A stretch of 64,000 nucleotides of DNA from Octopus vulgaris (taxonomy: Eukaryota). A program made the position numbers and the translations under genes. The notes under the pieces were generated by a model. That model did not search any database and had not been told where the DNA came from. It saw only the letters and a program-made list of their open reading frames with translations. Shown here piece by piece: positions 36,791 through 49,404 of the stretch. The DNA lies in contig CATOCA020000001.1 in the NCBI GenBank assembly GCA_951406725.2, positions 10,912,001 through 10,976,000 of the forward strand, given 5' to 3'. Position 1 is the stretch's first letter. Each line of letters begins with the position of its first letter.

Positions 36791-36835
36791 GACAAGAAGC
36801 ATGTTGGGTTGTGTGTATATGTTGTTGGGTCTATG

Positions 36836-37255
36836 CAGTGCTGGGTTAACCATTAAGCAAAATAAGCATGTGCTCAAAGCATCGAGGGAAATGGGGCAGC
36901 ACAGAAATGGTAAATAGCTTACAGCACAAAAGAAATCATTTTAAACTTTCTAAAATGATATTCAAAGTGGTTCTTATGATTGGAAATATGATTTTGAAGT
37001 GTTAATGGTGTCACAGTGAGGATCTGACCAAAAACTTGGCAATTAAAAAAAGTAGGAGAAAACTTTTCAAATATAAAGTGGAAGTATACAAAGATAAACA
37101 TTATTTTCCATCTTACTGTTAGTTTTGTTTCATTTTGGAAAATAAAAATTCATTCTATGGGTTATTATTATTTATGTTTTGAATTATGCATATATGGGGG
37201 TACCAAAATCTTTTCAGTTCTTAGGGCCTCTATGGTGGGTCCTAATCTGACCCTG
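36836..37255. mobile_element. Possible decayed hAT-like MITE
   Basis: Termini CAGTGCTGGGTTAA and CTAATCTGACCCTG are weak inverted matches; no TSD seen. Confidence 0.3.
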
Positions 37256-37717
37256 GGTATATGTGTATACCTGTTGGTTTATATATCTTTGTATGTCTGT
37301 ATGTGGATTGGTTTGTAGATGTATGTGAGTGGATAAATGACTAACAAGTTCACTTCTCAATCATGAGTCCTTGGATTGGATGCTTTTCAGGGCAAGTTGG
37401 GCCAGTATCTTTTGCTATAGCCTCTCTTTCACCCTTGACTTGTAGATGAAAATAAGTGGACTGAAACAATGAAGAAGCTTTGTGAAAATCAGAGGGCCAC
37501 TGTAAATCAAAGGGCCAGTCATCTCACACCCTGTCTTAAGTTGATTATATCTGAGAACTGGGTTAAGAATATATGTGTCTATGGAATACACAACCATTTA
37601 CATCTTAATTAAACAAGTGGGTAATTCAGTTGATCAAACAACTGGAATACTCATTACAAAGTGAGAGCCGTTTACTTATTTATATATATATATGTGTGTA
37701 TATTAGTTTCTGTCGCC

Positions 37718-37970
37718 TTACTGGCACTGGAAAAAAAACATTCGAGCGAGGTCGTTGCCAGTGCCGCTGGACTGGCCCTCATACTGGTGGCACGTAAAAG
37801 CACCCACTACACTCTTGAAGTAGTTGGCATTAGGAAGGGCATCCAGCTGTAGAAACTCTGCCAGATCAGATTGGAACCTGGTGCAGCCATCTGGTTTGCC
37901 AGTCCTCAGTCAAATCGTCCAACCCATGCTAGCATGGAAAGCGGACGTTAAACGATGATGATGATGATGA
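37718..37970 (+). mobile_element. RTE 3'UTR-only fragment
   Basis: ggtggcacgtaaaagcacccactacactc..cgtccaacccatgctagcatggaaagcggacgttaaac(GAT)n. Confidence 0.85.
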
Positions 37971-38129
37971 TATGAGTGTGTCATTGCAAACATATGTCTG
38001 TAAGTGTGGGAACAATATTTACTTAGAGGTTGTAAACCCAGGTCTAAAAATGTTTATAAACAAAGTCAAATTTTTCAATCTTAATATCAAAACACAGATA
38101 TCATAATAATAATAATTATAGTTCTTATT

Positions 38130-38430
38130 AAGGTGTTGAGCTGGCAGAATCATTAGCATGCTGAGCAAAGTGCTTAGCAGTATTTAATCTGTTTTTTATG
38201 CTTTGAGTTCAAATTCCACTGAGGTCAACTTTGTCCTTCACCTTTTAGGGGTCAATAAAATAAGTAGCTGTTGAACCCTGGGGTCAGTGTAATTGACTTA
38301 ACACCCAACCCCAAATTGCTGGCCTTATGCCAAAATTTGAAAGCATTATTGTTATTTTCTTTGTATCACAGGTTTTGTTGGAACTCCTAGAATCTTGCAT
38401 GCTACCTGCAGCCCACCGTTCCATACTATC

Positions 38431-38496
<66 letters not shown>

Positions 38497-38708
38497 AGTG
38501 TTGAGCTGGTAGAATTGTTACCACATTTGGGAAAATACTTAGTAACATTTCATCTGTCTATACATTCTGAGTTCAAATTCCACAGAGGTCAAATTTGCCT
38601 TTCATCCTTTCAGGGTTGATAAATTAAGGATCAGTTGAGCACTTGGGTTGATGTAATCGACCTAGCCACTCCCCTGGAATTGATAGCCTTAAGCCAAAAT
38701 TTGAAAGC
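38130..38708 (+). mobile_element. Two tandem diverged SINE family B copies (about 38130-38345 and 38496-38708) separated by (ATT)n
   Basis: Each has gagctggcagaat..gagttcaaattccac.gaggtcaa.tttg..tt.ca.c.ttt..ggg.t..ataaa.taag. Confidence 0.72.
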
Positions 38709-38732
38709 ATTACTACTACTACTACTACTACA

Positions 38733-38814
<82 letters not shown>

Positions 38815-38816
<2 letters not shown>

Positions 38817-39166
38817 GAGTGAAAGAGCAGTTCATGCCATCAAAGTGACACTGGGGTAAAATATACGAAGCCCAGTATACCCATCATGACTACCTGTCTG
38901 ATAAGGGTACACAAGGCACATGCATCACAACCATATGTGCGTGACATGGTGATCTTATATCAAGATAAACAGCACATGACCTTGCAGGTGGGGCCCAGTT
39001 AGAATTTTCTTCAAGTCAAGTAGCCCATTCTGCTTAAAAGGTCCCTGAATAAGGGTTGTTTAAGGACATTGAATGAAACACCCATATTTCCAAAGGTGAA
39101 TTACCCAAACATCAAGGAATTCCTCTCTACACATGGCTATGATGCTGCCCCACTACTTCTTCTTAT

Positions 39167-39170
<4 letters not shown>
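38815..39170. repeat. Unclassified ~355-bp insertion between (TAA)n and (CAT/ATT)n tracts
   Basis: Complex sequence sharply bounded by trinucleotide tracts, as expected of a retroposon 3' end; only one copy here. Confidence 0.3.
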
Positions 39171-39254
<84 letters not shown>

Positions 39255-39500
39255 ACCATCATCGCCATATATAAAAGAGCGATCGCATTATCGTTAACCC
39301 CACTCGCTTCAAAATATCTAAAGAAGAAATACGCACAGATCATGAATGGCTAAAGCTAAGTGAATCGTTCAACCTCGCTACGACTACCTTCTATCTTTGC
39401 ACTTATCATCTTTATTCTTTCACTATTCTTCAATTTCCATCTCATTGTATTGTTCCTCATTCTTTCAGTATTCCCTCATTACCCTGTCTAGCTCAAATCA

Positions 39501-39597
39501 TTTTTTTCGTTTAGTCTTGTCTCCCGGTTCATAGCCACTCTGATTTTTAAATTTTTTTCGTTTAGTCTTGTCTCCCGATTCATAGCCACTCTGATTT
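39501..39597 (+). repeat. 46-bp direct repeat (51-bp period) in the RTE 5'UTR
   Basis: tttttttcgtttagtcttgtctcccg(g/a)ttcatagccactctgattt at 39501 and 39552. Confidence 0.92.
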
Positions 39598-42199
39598 ATC
39601 AAACCCATTTGCTAGCTCATACGATTAACAGAACCTACGGTGCACCCGCCCTCCCACTCCCTCCACACATGCCGGAAGTTCCTATTCTTTGCCATTCCGG
39701 GGTTGCTTCCCATGAAGACTGCAAATGCTCTCACTATCCCTACCCCTCCCTAGTCTCGACCTATGTAAGGTAATGTTCATACAGTGCAAAATATGAAAGG
39801 CTAGTGTTATACAGGTTGTACTGAAGGCTACTTTACTACTTCATTACTTGCACATGAATTCTGCCAAATGCGAGCTTTCTTTTCAGGTACACGAAGCTAC
39901 TGTCCACCGTCCCAGGGTCCCTAGTGCCCATGCCTCCCACACCCTCAGGGTTGGCACCCTCAACGTTGGCACTCTGAAAGGTAGGTCTGGTGAGATAGTC
40001 GAGATGCTTGAACGGAGATGTGTGGATATATGTTGCATGCAAGAAATAAGGTGGAGAGGAGGATCAGCTAGGTTCCTCACAGGCAAGGAACGCAGGTACA
40101 AGATTTTCTGGGCCGGGAACACTGACGGGGTTGGTGGCGTGGGTATACTTATCGCTGAGAAATGGGTAGATAAAGTAATTGAGGTAATCAGAGTATGTGA
40201 CAGAATACTTAAGATTAGATTAGTGCTTCATCATAGTTTAGCAACCATTATATCAGCCTATGCTCCTCAGTCGGGGCTACCCGATGGACAGAAAGACCGA
40301 TTCTATGACACTCTACTGCAGACTACCTCGTTGACGAATGACAGAGACCTTATCTTTGTGGCTGGTGACTTCAATGGTCACGTTGGACGACATGCTGGGG
40401 GCTTCCATGGCGTACATGGAGGCTATGGCTATGGCTCCCGCAACGAGGAGGGAACCAGGCTGCTGGAGTTCTGCGATGCAAATAATCTTATGATTTGCAA
40501 CACTAACTTCAGGAAACCTACCAGCCACCTAGTCACTTACCGATCGGGCCAACATACCAGCCAAATTGACTACATCCTTGCAAGACAAAGGGAGAGATGG
40601 CTGCTTATAAATGCCAAAACCTTCCCAGGTGAAGAATGTATCCCACAACATAGACTGGTAGTTAGTGACTTTAGGATAAGGACTAGGAGGACAATCAGAA
40701 GACGACCAATATGGAGAAGAAGGATTTGGAAGCTTAAAGATCCTGCAAATGGACAAATGGACAGAGATTTAGGGACATATTACTTGAAGCCTTTGACGAA
40801 GTAGAAGGGGATAGAGCATCACAGGGGGTAGAAGACAACTAGACATTTCTAAGGGACAACCTGCTGAGAGCCACTGACCAGATCTGTGGCTGGTGCAAAA
40901 GTCCCCTCCCGACCTAGAATAACGTGGTGGTGGAACAATATTGTAGACAGGGCTATTAGAGAAAAGAGACAGGCTTGGAAGGTCTGGAAAAATGGGGGTA
41001 GCAGGGAATTGTATCAGACTGCCAAAAGAGAAGCTAGGAGACAGGTTTATTTAGCCAGAGGGGAAGCAGATAAGAAAAAATTTGCCAATGTTCTGCGCCT
41101 TGAGGACCAAAGACTGGAGGTGTTTCGCGTTGCAAGACAGTGTGTGAGAGAGAATCGTGATGTGGTAGGAGAGAAGTGTGTTCGCATGGAAGATGGTTCA
41201 CTTGCGCTAAATGAGGATGCAAAGAGAGAAGTTTGGAGATGCCACTATGAAAGGTTGCTGAATAAAGAAAATGAATGGGATAAAGAGAGTCTGCCGAATG
41301 TTGACCCAACAGAGGGACCAGCTATCCGAGTTGATAGTTCCGTGGTAGCTAAGGCAATTAGAAGCATGAAGACAGGGAAAGCCCCAGGCCCATCAGGAAT
41401 CACTGCAGAGATGCTCAAAATGTCTGGTAGTGTCGGCTATAGCCTAGTCACCCGTATAGTTAATCAGGTGATACACAAAGGAGTCATACCCAATGACTGG
41501 GGTAGCAGCATAATAGTCAACTGCTAGAAAGGTAAAGGTGACGCCCTAGATACAAATAACTACAGAGGTATCAAGCTGTTGGATCAGGTGATGAAGGTTA
41601 CGGAGAGGGTCATAGCCCAACTAATTAGAGAGAGAGTTAGTTTAGATGAGATGCAGTTTGGGTTTGTGCCAGGGAAAAGTACTACTGATGCTATATTCCT
41701 GGTAAGGCAGCTGCAGGAGAAATACCTAGCCAAAGATAAGCCCCTGTACCTGGCTTTTGTTGACATGGAGAAAGCCTTCGACAGGGTCCCCCGATCCCTT
41801 ATCTGGTGGGCAATGAGGAAACTAGGGTTAGATGAATGGTTAGTGAGAGCTGTGCGGGCCATGTATAGGGACGCTGCTAGTAGGGTGAAGGTTGGAAACG
41901 AGTACAGTGAAGAATTCCGGGTAGAGGTTGGGGTCCACCAAGGCTCAGTACTCAGCCCCCTCCTATTTATCATAGTCCTCCAGGCAATAATGGAGGAATT
42001 CAAGACAGGATGCCCTTGGGAGCTCCTCCATGCTGATGACCTTGCTCTAATTGCTGAGTCGCTATCAGAACTGGAGGAGAAGTTTCAGGTGTGGAAACAA
42101 GGATTAGAATCGAAGGGCCTCAGAGTCAATCTAGCTAAAACCAAAGTCGTAATCAGTAGGAAGGTAGACAAATCACAAACGCCTTCAGGTAGATGGCCC

Positions 42200-42331
42200 T
42201 GCTTGATCTGTAGAAAAGGTGTAGGTAGAAACTCTATAAGATGCACCAAGTGTAAGCTATGGACACATAAGTGGTGCAGCAATGTCAAAGGAAGGCTAAC
42301 TAGGAAGATGGTTTTTGTATGTGGCAGATGC
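42200..42331 (+). other. PHD finger (C4HC3) coding segment inside the RTE RT domain
   Basis: C-x2-C-x10-C-x2-C-x4-H-x2-C-x14-C-x2-C, located between GLRVNLAKTK and DSFRYLG. Confidence 0.85.
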
Positions 42332-43648
42332 TCAGGAACAATAAACACTGAAAATGCTCTCAGACCAACTTCCGTCACTTTCCAGGGAGAAAAACTAGAA
42401 ATAGTTGATAGTTTCCGTTACCTAGGTGACCAAGTCAGCAGCGGGGGCGGGTGTCCTGAAAGTGTAACTGCTAGAGTAAGAATAGCTTGGGCAAAGTTCA
42501 GAGAGCTCTTACCTCTGCTGGTGACAAAAGGCCTCTCGCACAGAGTGAAAGGCAGATTGTATGATGCGTGTGTACAAACAGCCATGCTACATGGCAGTGA
42601 AACATGGGCCGTGACTGCTGAGGATATGCGTAAGCTCGCAAGAAATGAAGCCAGTATGCTCCGATGGATGTGTAATGTCAGTACTCATACTCGGCAGAGT
42701 GTAAGTACCTTGAGAGAAAAGCTGGACCTAAGAAGCATCAGTTGTGGTGTGCAAGAGAGACGTTTGCGCTGGTATGGTCATGTGGCGAGAATGGATGAAG
42801 ATAGTTGTGTGAAAAAGTGCCACACCCTAGCGGTTGAGGGAACCTGTGGAAGAGGCAGACCCAGGAAATCCTGGGACGAGGTGGTGAAGCACGACCTTCG
42901 AACTTTAGGTCTCACTGAGGAAATGACTAGAGACCGAGACCTATGGAAGTGTGCTGTGCGCGAGAAGACCCGGCAGGACAAGTGAGTCCATAACCCGTGG
43001 CCTTCTACATGGGATGGAGCCAGCCTACGTATGCATACCTTCCCTTCTTGGGACACAAAACTCTACTTGTGAAGACCTGTTGAGGCAAGTGAGGATCAGA
43101 ATCGAAATCGATCAATGGAAATTGCAGATGTGTTACCAGTGCCGGTGGCATGTCGAAACTCTACTTGTGAAGACCCATTGAGGCAAGTGAGGATCAGAAT
43201 CGAAATCGATCAATGGAAATAGATCAATGGAAATTGCAGATGTGTTACCAGTGCCGGTGGCATGTAAGAGAACCTTCCGTTTCGAGACCGTTGCCAGCAC
43301 CGCCCCGTTTCGTGTCCGTTGCCAGCCTCGCCTGGCCCTCGTGCCGGTAGCACATAAAAAGCACCATCCGTTCGTGGCCGTTTGCCAGCTCTGTCTGGCA
43401 CCTGTGCGGGTGGCACGTAAAAAGCACCCACTACACTCTCGGAGTGGTTGGCGTTAGGAAGGGCATTCGGCCGTAGAAACACTGCCAGATTTGACTGGGC
43501 CTGATGAAGCCTTCTGGCTTCACAGACCCCAGTAGAACCGTCCAACCCATGCTAGCATGGAAAACGGACGCTAAACGATGATGATGATGATGATGATTAT
43601 TATTATTATTAATATTATTATTATTATTATTATTATTATAATTATTAC

Positions 43649-43712
<64 letters not shown>

Positions 43713-43713
<1 letters not shown>

Positions 43714-45660
43714 TATGTTTGACTTTTGCTTTATGTCTGTACAAGTTGGTTCCAAGTCTCACCCAGAGACCCCAAGAGACAACAGGTTGGAAGTTCTGTG
43801 CCATATATTTGGGGTTCTTTGGGGGGATTTTTTGGTGTTGTACTAGTGAATGTCTAATACATAAAAATAAAAAAATAAAAAAATAAAAATTAAAAAATTA
43901 AAAAAAAGTTTGTTTTAAACCTTGGGATTAAATAGAGAGTATTTTGCGTAGGATATGAGCAGTTCCCATGAGCACTATCTTTTGAATTTCTGCCATTTTG
44001 GGGTTTCCTGGTGTCTGAGTTAGGTAGCAATCAGTCCCTTTCGCTATCATTCCCAGGGCACTATGACAACAGGTATTGTTTTAGTCTTCAGCTTCCACAT
44101 TTTGCTGATTTCTATTTCAAGATCTTTATATTTGCTCAGTTTTTGGTAGGTCCTGACAGATACGTTTATATCGATTGGGACAGTCATATCAATGAGGAGG
44201 CATGTTCTTTGTCTGAAGTCTTTCAATATGATGTCTGGCCTATTTGCATCTATCTTTCTGTCAGTTTGAATGGTGAAGTTCCAGAGGAGTGAGAGGTGGT
44301 CATTTTCAAGCACTGGAGGTGGATTGTGTTCCCACCAGTTTTTTTCATGGGGCAAATCCAGGTTTTTGCAGATTACCCAGTGAATATATTGTGCAGCTCT
44401 ATCATGCCTGTTGAGGTACTCTGTAGGCGCTAGAAGACTGAACTTGGCGACAACATGATCAATGGTTTAATTTGTTGTTGACATACACGACATGTTGGGC
44501 TACTGCCCTTCTTTAATATGTTGGCCTGGTAGTTTCTTGTTGGTAGGCATTGATCTTGAGCTGCTATGATAAACCCCTCTGTTTCAGATTTTAAGCCAGA
44601 GGCCATTAGCCATTGATGGGTCAGGGCTTTGTCAACATCTGCATTATTCACTCTCTTTTGATATATGCCATAGAGAGGTTTTTCTTGCCATTTATCATTC
44701 AGAATATCTACGGCAGCTGTTTTAGCACGGCTTTCACGCGCTTAGCTTTTTCTGTGCTTGTTTCTTGTATGTCTATCTCTAATTCCGAAATTGGTTGTAT
44801 TCGGAATTCACTTAGATATTCCTTTGCCTGTTTTGTTACTGAGTTTGATGCTTTCTTGTTTTCATGTTTTGAGACAAATTTTAACATCTAGTCCTCAGAG
44901 TTTTTCAGGTAGGTGTCTAGGCCAATTGTAGCAACCTTCATTGTTATTGCCAGTTGTAGAAGCCCACGCTTCCCCCTCTTGTCTTGGTAGATAAAGTCGA
45001 TCTATATCTGCCTTCGGGTGGTGCATTCTATGCATTGTCAACAGTTTTCGTATTTTTCTGTCAAGATTACATATTTCAGTAATTGACCAGTTAACGATAT
45101 TGAAACTGTTAGTCACGACTGGTATAGCTAAAGCATTGATCGCATCGATCCTGCTTCTTGCATTCAGCTCTGTCTTGAGTATTGCTCTCACTCTTCGATA
45201 ACATTTTCTCCTGATCCTTTCCTTCATCTCTGAATGCCTTATTCCATCCCCTTCAATTACCCCTAGGTACTTGTAGCTCTCCGCTGGGTCTAGTTCTTTT
45301 ATGACATTCTGCTGGTCGAGGTAACGTTAGATGTTTCTGTCACTTTTCCTTAGCTTTTGCACATTTCTCGAGGCCAAATTGCATTCTGATATCATCGCTG
45401 GATTGTTTAACAATTGTTAGTAAGCCCTTGAGTTGTTGGTCATTTTTTGCAAAGAGCTTTAAATCATCCATGTAAATGAGATGATTTATATTTTTATCCT
45501 ACATTTTATTATATCCGCACTGTGCCTCATTGAGCAATTTTGAGGGAGGTATTAAGGCTAAACAAAAGAGGAGTGGTGATCGTGAGTCACCCTGGAAAAT
45601 GCCACATGAAATATTTAAATCAGTAGCGTTTAGAAATTCATCGTCACTGTTCAAACTTTA
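43713..45660 (-). mobile_element. R4/Dong-type non-LTR retrotransposon (RT + CCHC + restriction-like endonuclease), 5'-truncated, decayed
   Basis: GIFQGDS, YMDDLK, AINALAIPV, RLYLPRQEG, SETEGFIIAAQDQ, CRVC, RHD, NRPDII..IDMTVP..KLSKY; the 3' end abuts (TAA)n. Confidence 0.9.
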
Positions 45661-47849
45661 AGTTGGTGCCCCTATAATGCTCATTAGAAATTTGGTTCCC
45701 CCAAATCAATGCAATGGCACACGTTTGATCGTTAAGTCCTTATCTCCCACCGTAAACTTATATCAATATTTGCCTGAATAATCATCATAATTCAGTGCAA
45801 TCATTAACAGTACTTTCAAGCAATTCAGCCCCGAGCATCGCCGGGCAATTCTGCTAGTTGGTATATACATATACACATACATATAACATGCATACATACA
45901 CTAATATACACATACACTCATACGCACAAACATGCATACAAAAGAAGCACATACATACATCTATGTATGGATATCTATGTATGTGTGTATGTGTGCATGA
46001 ATGAATGTATGAATGTATATGTGTATCTGCGTATGATTGTATATAGGTATGTATATGTGTATGTATGAGTTTAACACACATAGACAAACACAAACATTAT
46101 ACACACCTACATACATACATACATACCCCTCTGCACACAAACATATATACATGAACACACATAGACACATATATACACATATACATGCATATATAATTAC
46201 ATGCATACACACATACCTACATATATACATGCACACATATATACATACACATATGCCCGCAGACATATACACATCCGTACATACTCACATACATGTATAA
46301 GCACTTACATATATACCAACATACTTGCATATATACACACATATATAGTCACATACGTACACACATACTTACACACATACACACATACATACACACTTAC
46401 ACGCATACATTCATACACACATGCACACTGATATACACACACACATACAAAATTACACACATACTTTACATACACCCACATTCGCACATACACACACATA
46501 CATTCATACAGACATATAAATACACATACATAAATACATACATACACACATACACACACATACATATTTCCATACTTAATCACATACGTACAAACACACA
46601 TACACACGCACATACACACAAACATACACGCATGCATTCATATATAAAAAAAAATATATACATACATATCCACATTCGTATATATGTGTGTGTGGATGTA
46701 TGTATGCGTTTTTGTATCTTTGTATATATTTCAGTATGTATGTATGTATGAATATATTTATGTATGTATATATGTATGTGTGTATGTATGTATTTATGCG
46801 TACACATGTATGCAGACAGACAAACTTGTGAACTTACACACATAACATACATGCACACACACAAACACGCATGTACACATATATACATAAACATTTACTT
46901 ACATACACATACAAATAAATACGTACATATATACACATACGCACATACATAATTACACAGATACATACACACACATATATATAAGAACACTCAAAAATAC
47001 ACACATACACACTTACTTAAATACACATACACACACTTACATACATACACATACAAGTCATACACACATACATACACATTTACGTACACATATTCATGCT
47101 GCACACATACATACATTCATACACACGCATATACATATATACACACATAGGTACATACACACATGCATGAATGTGTTTGAGAATCTCTACGCCTTCCTCT
47201 AATTTGACCCCTCAACAACTAAAGTGTTTTTCGTTGCTCAAAACTTGTTTAGTAATCTCTCACCTATATACAGCTTCAGAACAGTTTCCCTTTGTTCTAT
47301 TTTTACATCCTTCTTTCCTTTTTGACACTAAATCCACATTTTCCAAGCAATTGCAGTGGCCTCATCGAACTTAAGAACCCTAATTTACTGATGTTCAAAT
47401 GTCATTTTATATATATATATTCAACTTGTAACTTGTGAATTAATTTGTATATCTAAATAAAGAAACTCTCACGAGCTTTAATAGGGTATACAGCTTTACA
47501 GCGTAACATCAATATGTTAATTTTAGATTTTAAAAAAATCTTAATTATCATAATTTAGAGTACCATTTAACTTAAGGACAACAGGTAACATTTCATATTT
47601 TGTTGTTGTTTTTTTGCTCTTAAAATTCATTCTGAAATCCCTAAAAAGCAATAAAATCACAGAGTCAGTATTTTGGGAACCCAAAATTACTTAATACAGC
47701 TTTGCATCTGCGAAACATACAAATGTTCAGAACATTTATCACTGTTGCGCAGATTTTTCCCACTTTCGGCTAAAAATGTTTTAAAAATAATTCTCCTTAT
47801 TCTTTGTCTTAATACTTTTCACAGCTCTACCCAACCATTCTCAAGGATT

Positions 47850-48270
47850 TTCCATGGGTTTCAGCTCGGGCGACGGCGTTAGTCACTATATCAACCGAAA
47901 TCTCTTAGGTATAATGTAATTTCTGACTAGTTACGAGGTGACATTCGGATGGTTGTCATGCTGGAAAGTCCAAATGCTTTCGGGCGTATGGAAGCATAGT
48001 ATTATTCAATATTTCTAGATAGGACTTACTATCCATTCGGATTATAGAACTGACGACTTTTCTAGACATACACACTAACAGCATCACACTTTCGCCAGGG
48101 TGCCTAATTGAAGGTTGGATGCATTTTGGATGGAATTCTTCGCCTATACGCCTTCTTACATACTTCCTGCCATCACTACCGAACAAGATGGACTTTGATT
48201 CGTCCGACCACAACACATTCGTCCAATCTGCTGGACTCCATTTCAAATGTTCTTTAACAGGCAAATCGAT
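47850..48270 (-). pseudogene. Tc1-family transposase relic, copy A
   Basis: WTNVLWSDESK..FGSDG..YVRR, FQHDNHP, SPELKPMENP (DDE-region motifs) with frameshifts. Confidence 0.88.
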
Positions 48271-48863
48271 TTTTCAAAAACACACAAACACACATATATG
48301 CATAGGCACTCATACATACATACATACATACATATATACATACTTACATATATAAAAACATATATAGATACATAAAGACATACTCACATACATACATACG
48401 GACATACATACACACATACAAACATACACACACACATTACATACATACAAACATACACACATACACACACACATTTCATACATACTCACATACAAACATA
48501 CAGACATACATCCACACATACAAACATACACACACACATTACATACATACAAACATACATACATGTGTGTATGTATGTACGTGTGAATGTACTTATATAT
48601 GCATGTATGCGTATATATATCTATGCGTGTACGTATATAGATATCTGTGTACATATATATATATATGTCTATATATATATATATATATGTATGTGCGTAT
48701 GTATGTTTTATGTACATGTATATGTACGTATGCACTTATGTATGTCTGTAGGTACATAGATTCATACATGCACACATTCTTACATCCATAAATACATTCA
48801 TATATACATACATACAAACATATTTACATACGTACATACATACATACATACATACATACATAC

Positions 48864-49115
48864 ATGGTGGTTGTCTACACCTTATACAGAGGTTGACCAC
48901 CTTCTTACCGACACCTTAGCACCATTATGGTGCCTGATGTGGCTTTTCAAACGAAAGAATATTCTGAAAAGACGCCCACATAGATTGCTCCTCCAATTTG
49001 GGCCACCAAGACCTGCAGATAAATTCTGCTGTTTCTAGGTCTTAAAATGTCGCTTGAGGCCTCCGTTGGATTTGCAAACTTCATACGTTCGTCAGGGGAT
49101 CATTCGATACCTTCA
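48864..49115 (-). mobile_element. RTE-like 3' fragment with decayed C2H2 fingers
   Basis: Minus strand VCKSNGGLKRHFK and NLCGRLFRIFFRLKSHIRHH; ends ccaccatg(tatg)n. Confidence 0.5.
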
Positions 49116-49404
49116 CCCCAATATTTGTTTTGTCTCTCCTTGCATCATCACCCCATTTTCTTAACCTTATATGGTTAATAAAGAAATTGACAGTTCATGA
49201 GTACATGCGCCATTTCACGAGTCTTATTTTGCATCCAGCAGAGTGTCCAACAACACCCTCGTCACCAAGCAAGCCTGGTGTGGTTGCCGGTTTAGTCGCC
49301 GCCGACCCGATCATGAAGCATGTTGTACAGGGTTACATGTTCCCAGTAGCACTCAAAGGAAACATGCATACATACATACATACAGACAGACAGGGAGAGA
49401 TGAC

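Larger units (their letters stand above)
39254..43597 (+). mobile_element. Near full-length RTE-clade LINE (APE + RT with internal PHD finger), inactivated
   Basis: 5'UTR; APE (VGTLNVGTL, CMQEIRW, GVGIL, ISAYAPQ, VAGDFNGHVG, SQIDYIL); RT (KAPGPSGI, FVDMEKAFD, GVHQGSVLSPLLF, HADD, FRYLG); 3'UTR; (GAT)n. Lesions: 8-bp duplication ~40748, TAG at 40840, +1 A ~40890, TAG at 41525, YADD changed to HADD. Confidence 0.97.

Noticed and set aside
39848-42985. Active autonomous LINE
   Set aside because: Two frameshifts, two stops and YADD changed to HADD in this copy.
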